The translations under genes and the position numbers were made by a program. DNA of 32,000 nucleotides, from contig NZ_CP047931.1 in NCBI RefSeq assembly GCF_014280175.1, positions 1,650,001-1,682,000 on the forward strand, given 5' to 3'. Shown here one piece after another: positions 28,971 through 32,000 of this stretch (positions are counted from its first letter, which is position 1; each line of letters opens with the position of its first letter). The notes under the pieces were generated by a model. The model did not search any database. It saw only the letters and a list, made by a program, of their open reading frames with translations, and was not told the origin of the DNA. Source of the stretch: Synechococcus sp. A15-28 (GTDB lineage Bacteria > Cyanobacteriota > Cyanobacteriia > PCC-6307 > Cyanobiaceae).

Positions 28971-29357
28971 ATGGCACTCCCCGCCTCCATGAGACTGAGG
29001 GGGCACCGCTGCTTCAACAGGCTGCATCGCATCGGTCGCCGTCATCACGGCGACTGGATGGTGCTGCGGGTGATGCCGGCAGATCCACGCCTGCTGAGGC
29101 GGGAATTGCGGCAACGCCCAACGCGTTGCTGCCGCTGTGCCCTTGTGATCAGCAGCAAGGTGAGCAAGCGGGCTGTGCGCCGAAATCGACTGCGCCGGCT
29201 GTTTCACCAGCACCTGCGTCAGCAACTCGAACATCGCGGTGACCTTGCGGGCCGTTGGCTGCTGATCAGCCTCCGCCCCGAAGCGTCGGATGCGGATCCA
29301 TCACAGTTGCTTGAAGAATGCGACAGTCTTCTCAGTTCCGCAGGCCTGGGCCGATGA
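28971..29357 (+). CDS. rnpA: Ribonuclease P protein component
   Basis: SMRLRGHRCFNRLHRIG...LVISSKVSKRAVRRNRLRRLFHQHLR with the RNR-type motif; follows rpmH. Confidence 0.93.
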   Translation: MALPASMRLRGHRCFNRLHRIGRRHHGDWMVLRVMPADPRLLRRELRQRPTRCCRCALVISSKVSKRAVRRNRLRRLFHQHLRQQLEHRGDLAGRWLLISLRPEASDADPSQLLEECDSLLSSAGLGR

Positions 29358-29761
29358 CCAGCATCCAAGAGGACGTTCACTACGACGGTGGCCCGGCCAA
29401 GGGTGATCTGATCTTCAATCTCCTGCTGGGTGTCACCTTGATCGGATTGCCGTTCGCGATCGGAGCCATTGTCCGGGCTGTGTGGCTGCGTTTCCGCATC
29501 ACCAGTCGACGCATCTCCGTCACCGGCGGATGGATGGGCAAGGAAAAGACCCAGGTGGTCTATTCCCAGATCAAGGAGGTCCGCACCGTTTCCAGGGGCT
29601 TTGGCGCCTGGGGCGACATGGTGCTGGTGCTGAACGATGGCGCCCGCCTTGAGATGCGATCGGTGCCGAGTTTCCGCGAAACCGAGGCCTTCATCCTCGA
29701 GCGCATGGCAGCTCGTTCATCCGCACCTGCCGACAAGGCGGTCGAGGGATTCGCCACCTGA
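29354..29761 (+). CDS. PH-domain (DUF304-like) membrane protein
   Basis: Two hydrophobic stretches then [63 protein letters not shown] overlap with rnpA. Confidence 0.8.
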   Translation: MTSIQEDVHYDGGPAKGDLIFNLLLGVTLIGLPFAIGAIVRAVWLRFRITSRRISVTGGWMGKEKTQVVYSQIKEVRTVSRGFGAWGDMVLVLNDGARLEMRSVPSFRETEAFILERMAARSSAPADKAVEGFAT

Positions 29762-29816
29762 ATCAGCTGTTCATGCACACTGGCACCACAACGTCACCAA
29801 CCACGGGTCTTACAAC

Positions 29817-30959
29817 GTGATCGGGTACATCTCCGACAACCTGCTGATCCCGATCCTGGATTTTTTCTACGGATTGGTTCCCAGTTACGGCCTGGCGATC
29901 GTGGCTCTCACAATCGTGATCCGCGTTGCCCTCTACCCCCTCAGCGCCGGATCGATCCGCAGCGCCCGGCGCATGCGCATCGCCCAGCCCGTCATCCAGA
30001 AGCGACAGGCTGAAATCAAAAGCCGTTATGCCAACAACCTGCAGAAACAGCAGGAGGAACTCGGCAAGGTGATGAAGGAATTCGGCAGTCCCCTGGCGGG
30101 ATGCCTGCCGTTGCTGGTGCAGATGCCGATCCTCTTCGCCCTGTTCGCCACGCTGCGGGGATCACCATTCGCTGACGTTCCCTACACGATCAATCTCAAG
30201 GTTCTGCCCGCCGATCAGATCGCGGCCGTCGAGCCGAAGCCCTTCAACAGCGCCAGCCATTCAATCTTCATCGGTGAAACCGATCACGTTCCTGTGATCG
30301 CCAGCCTTCCCCGCGGAACCAAGCTCGGCGTCGGCGACAGCGCCACCGTGAACCTCCACACCAAAGATGGTCGAGGCTTTGACGACGTGCTCACAGCCGT
30401 TGACAACCCCTCAAGATTTGCCCCCAACTGGTCGATCACCAAAGGGGATGACGTGGTGAGCGTCAGCGACGACGGCACTATCACCGCCCTGGCCGCCGGT
30501 GATGCCACCGCGGAAGCCAAGATCCCTGGCTTGGCAGCCCGCAGCGGTTTCCTGTTCATCAAGGCTCTGGGCCAGGTGGGCTTCTACGCCGACGGAGACA
30601 TCAACTGGGACATCGCCATCCTCGTCGGAGGCTTCGGAATCACCCTGTTCCTGTCTCAGCTGCTGTCTGGGATGGGCATGCCCGCCAACCCCCAGCAGTC
30701 CACCGCCAACAAGATCACTCCCGTAATGATCACGGGCATGTTCCTGTTCTTTCCGCTTCCCGCCGGCGTTCTGCTCTATATGGTGATCGCCAACATTTTC
30801 CAGGCGCTGCAGACCTTCCTGCTCACCCGTGAAGCCTTGCCAGACAACCTGCAGAAAATCCTGGATCAGCAGATGACTCAGCAGACGGTGCCCGCCACGG
30901 CGACCTCTGTGGGCGGTGGCGATTCACGCCTTCCCTTTGAACCCAAAGGCGGCAAATGA
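29817..30959 (+). CDS. yidC: Membrane protein insertase YidC/Oxa1/Alb3
   Basis: [61 protein letters not shown]...[27 protein letters not shown] start inferred at 29817. Confidence 0.95.
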   Translation: MIGYISDNLLIPILDFFYGLVPSYGLAIVALTIVIRVALYPLSAGSIRSARRMRIAQPVIQKRQAEIKSRYANNLQKQQEELGKVMKEFGSPLAGCLPLLVQMPILFALFATLRGSPFADVPYTINLKVLPADQIAAVEPKPFNSASHSIFIGETDHVPVIASLPRGTKLGVGDSATVNLHTKDGRGFDDVLTAVDNPSRFAPNWSITKGDDVVSVSDDGTITALAAGDATAEAKIPGLAARSGFLFIKALGQVGFYADGDINWDIAILVGGFGITLFLSQLLSGMGMPANPQQSTANKITPVMITGMFLFFPLPAGVLLYMVIANIFQALQTFLLTREALPDNLQKILDQQMTQQTVPATATSVGGGDSRLPFEPKGGK

Positions 30960-31474
30960 TTGAAGGCCTGGAGCCTGTTGCTCTTCAGGAACTCCGGGTG
31001 CTGGGTGCTCCCCGCCACTGGTCCGTCGAAGGCCATCTGGATCAATTGCCGTCATTAACCCCTGTTCGGGGGCAACTGAGCGCCGAACATCGCGGCAATG
31101 TCCTGATGGTGGAGGGAGAACTCAGCACCATCGTGACCCTGCGCTGCGATCGCTGTCTCGGTCAGTTCAACCAACAGCTGCGTTGCACCAGCTCCGAACT
31201 GATCTGGCTGGGTGAGGCGCCACCGACTCAAGACGATCTTCAGGAGTCCGAGGACATCTCCGAGATCGAAGGATTGGTCGAATGCCTCGACCCGAGGGGT
31301 GATTTCGATCCCCAGCAATGGGTGTTCGAACACCTCAATCTGCAGCTGCCCGTTGTGAATCACTGCGGCGAACACTGTCCGGGACCGCCGCTCCGTCGGG
31401 AAACGGTTGTGAACGAGGTGGATGAGGCGATCGATCCCCGCTGGTCGGTCCTCCGAAATCTGCAACAGCCATGA
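30956..31474 (+). CDS. YceD/DUF177 family protein
   Basis: [35 protein letters not shown]...; C-terminal CGEHCPGPP and [10 protein letters not shown]. Confidence 0.85.
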   Translation: MIEGLEPVALQELRVLGAPRHWSVEGHLDQLPSLTPVRGQLSAEHRGNVLMVEGELSTIVTLRCDRCLGQFNQQLRCTSSELIWLGEAPPTQDDLQESEDISEIEGLVECLDPRGDFDPQQWVFEHLNLQLPVVNHCGEHCPGPPLRRETVVNEVDEAIDPRWSVLRNLQQP

Positions 31475-32000
31475 CCGCCGGCACCATCTGGGGGGATCAG
31501 TTGGATCTGATGATCCGGGCGAGAACAGCTCTGATCTGGATTCGCAGCAACGAGGAGGCGCGGGTTGAAGCCCTGCTGCGGCAGACAGCGACTCGGCTGC
31601 AGCACCAGCTTGGTTGCTGGGATTTCATCGACGGCCTTCAAGGCGTTCTGAACGTCGAAGGACTGGGAAGCCGTCAGCCAATGGCGGTGCTGCAATGGCT
31701 GCGGGAGCTGGACAGCAGCAAGCCGACCCTCCTCCTGGTCAAAGACTTCCATCGCTTCTGCGATGACCCCGGCATCGCCAGGATGTTGCGCAACCTTCAG
31801 CAGGCACTGCGCAGCACATCCCACACGTTGGTGCTCTGCAGCGGCAGCTGGTCGCCACCAGCAGACCTTGAAGAAGCCCTCACCCTTCTGGATCTGCCTT
31901 TACCGGACAGCGATGAGCTCCGCAGGCTGCTGAACACCATCAGCCAGAGCAGCGGGGTCCCTCTGGAGCCGACAGTGCTCGAGGAGCTCACCCGAGCCTG
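31471..32000 (+). CDS. Ycf46-like AAA ATPase, N-terminal part; runs off the window
   Basis: Translation [59 protein letters not shown]... overlapping the DUF177 stop (ATGA); conserved neighbourhood. Confidence 0.75.
   Translation, partial: MTAGTIWGDQLDLMIRARTALIWIRSNEEARVEALLRQTATRLQHQLGCWDFIDGLQGVLNVEGLGSRQPMAVLQWLRELDSSKPTLLLVKDFHRFCDDPGIARMLRNLQQALRSTSHTLVLCSGSWSPPADLEEALTLLDLPLPDSDELRRLLNTISQSSGVPLEPTVLEELTRA

Noticed and set aside
1-32000. Possible phage, transposon, CRISPR, toxin-antitoxin or defence locus
   Set aside because: No transposase, integrase, repeat-spacer pattern, recognised toxin-antitoxin pair or defence gene was seen; essentially all space is filled by conserved chromosomal genes.

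Overview
The window looks like a gene-dense cyanobacterial chromosome segment, probably marine Synechococcus/Cyanobium-like. This is inferred from ndhB, cyAbrB, a Ycf46-like ATPase, the rpmH-rnpA-PH-yidC-DUF177 gene order and the protein style. Almost all of it is housekeeping or conserved. The content, left to right: ctaB/ctaA divergent from ctaCDE; a cyAbrB regulator; riboflavin synthase; a bifunctional-nuclease (DUF151) protein; an Fe-S aldo/keto reductase; a Tat/lipobox substrate-binding-like protein; a TIGR00303 CobT-like protein; a DUF2232-like membrane protein; a lipoprotein; topA; ndhB; a MacB/LolD-type ABC ATPase; a compact two-component signalling island; an M23 peptidase; birA; an aminotransferase; trxA; a PspA/IM30 protein; a DUF721/DciA-like protein; two glycosyltransferases; an EamA transporter; sppA; aroH; a DUF2808-like protein; rpmH; rnpA; a PH-domain protein; yidC; DUF177; and a partial AAA ATPase. 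I found no CRISPR array, mobile element, rRNA or convincing tRNA. The most notable region is 15.76-18.39 kb. It holds an OmpR-family response regulator interrupted by one in-frame TAG, a histidine kinase whose ATP-binding domain looks degenerate, a stand-alone PAS protein, and a single-domain receiver overlapping the kinase tail-to-tail. I see no strong evidence for a wholly novel system.
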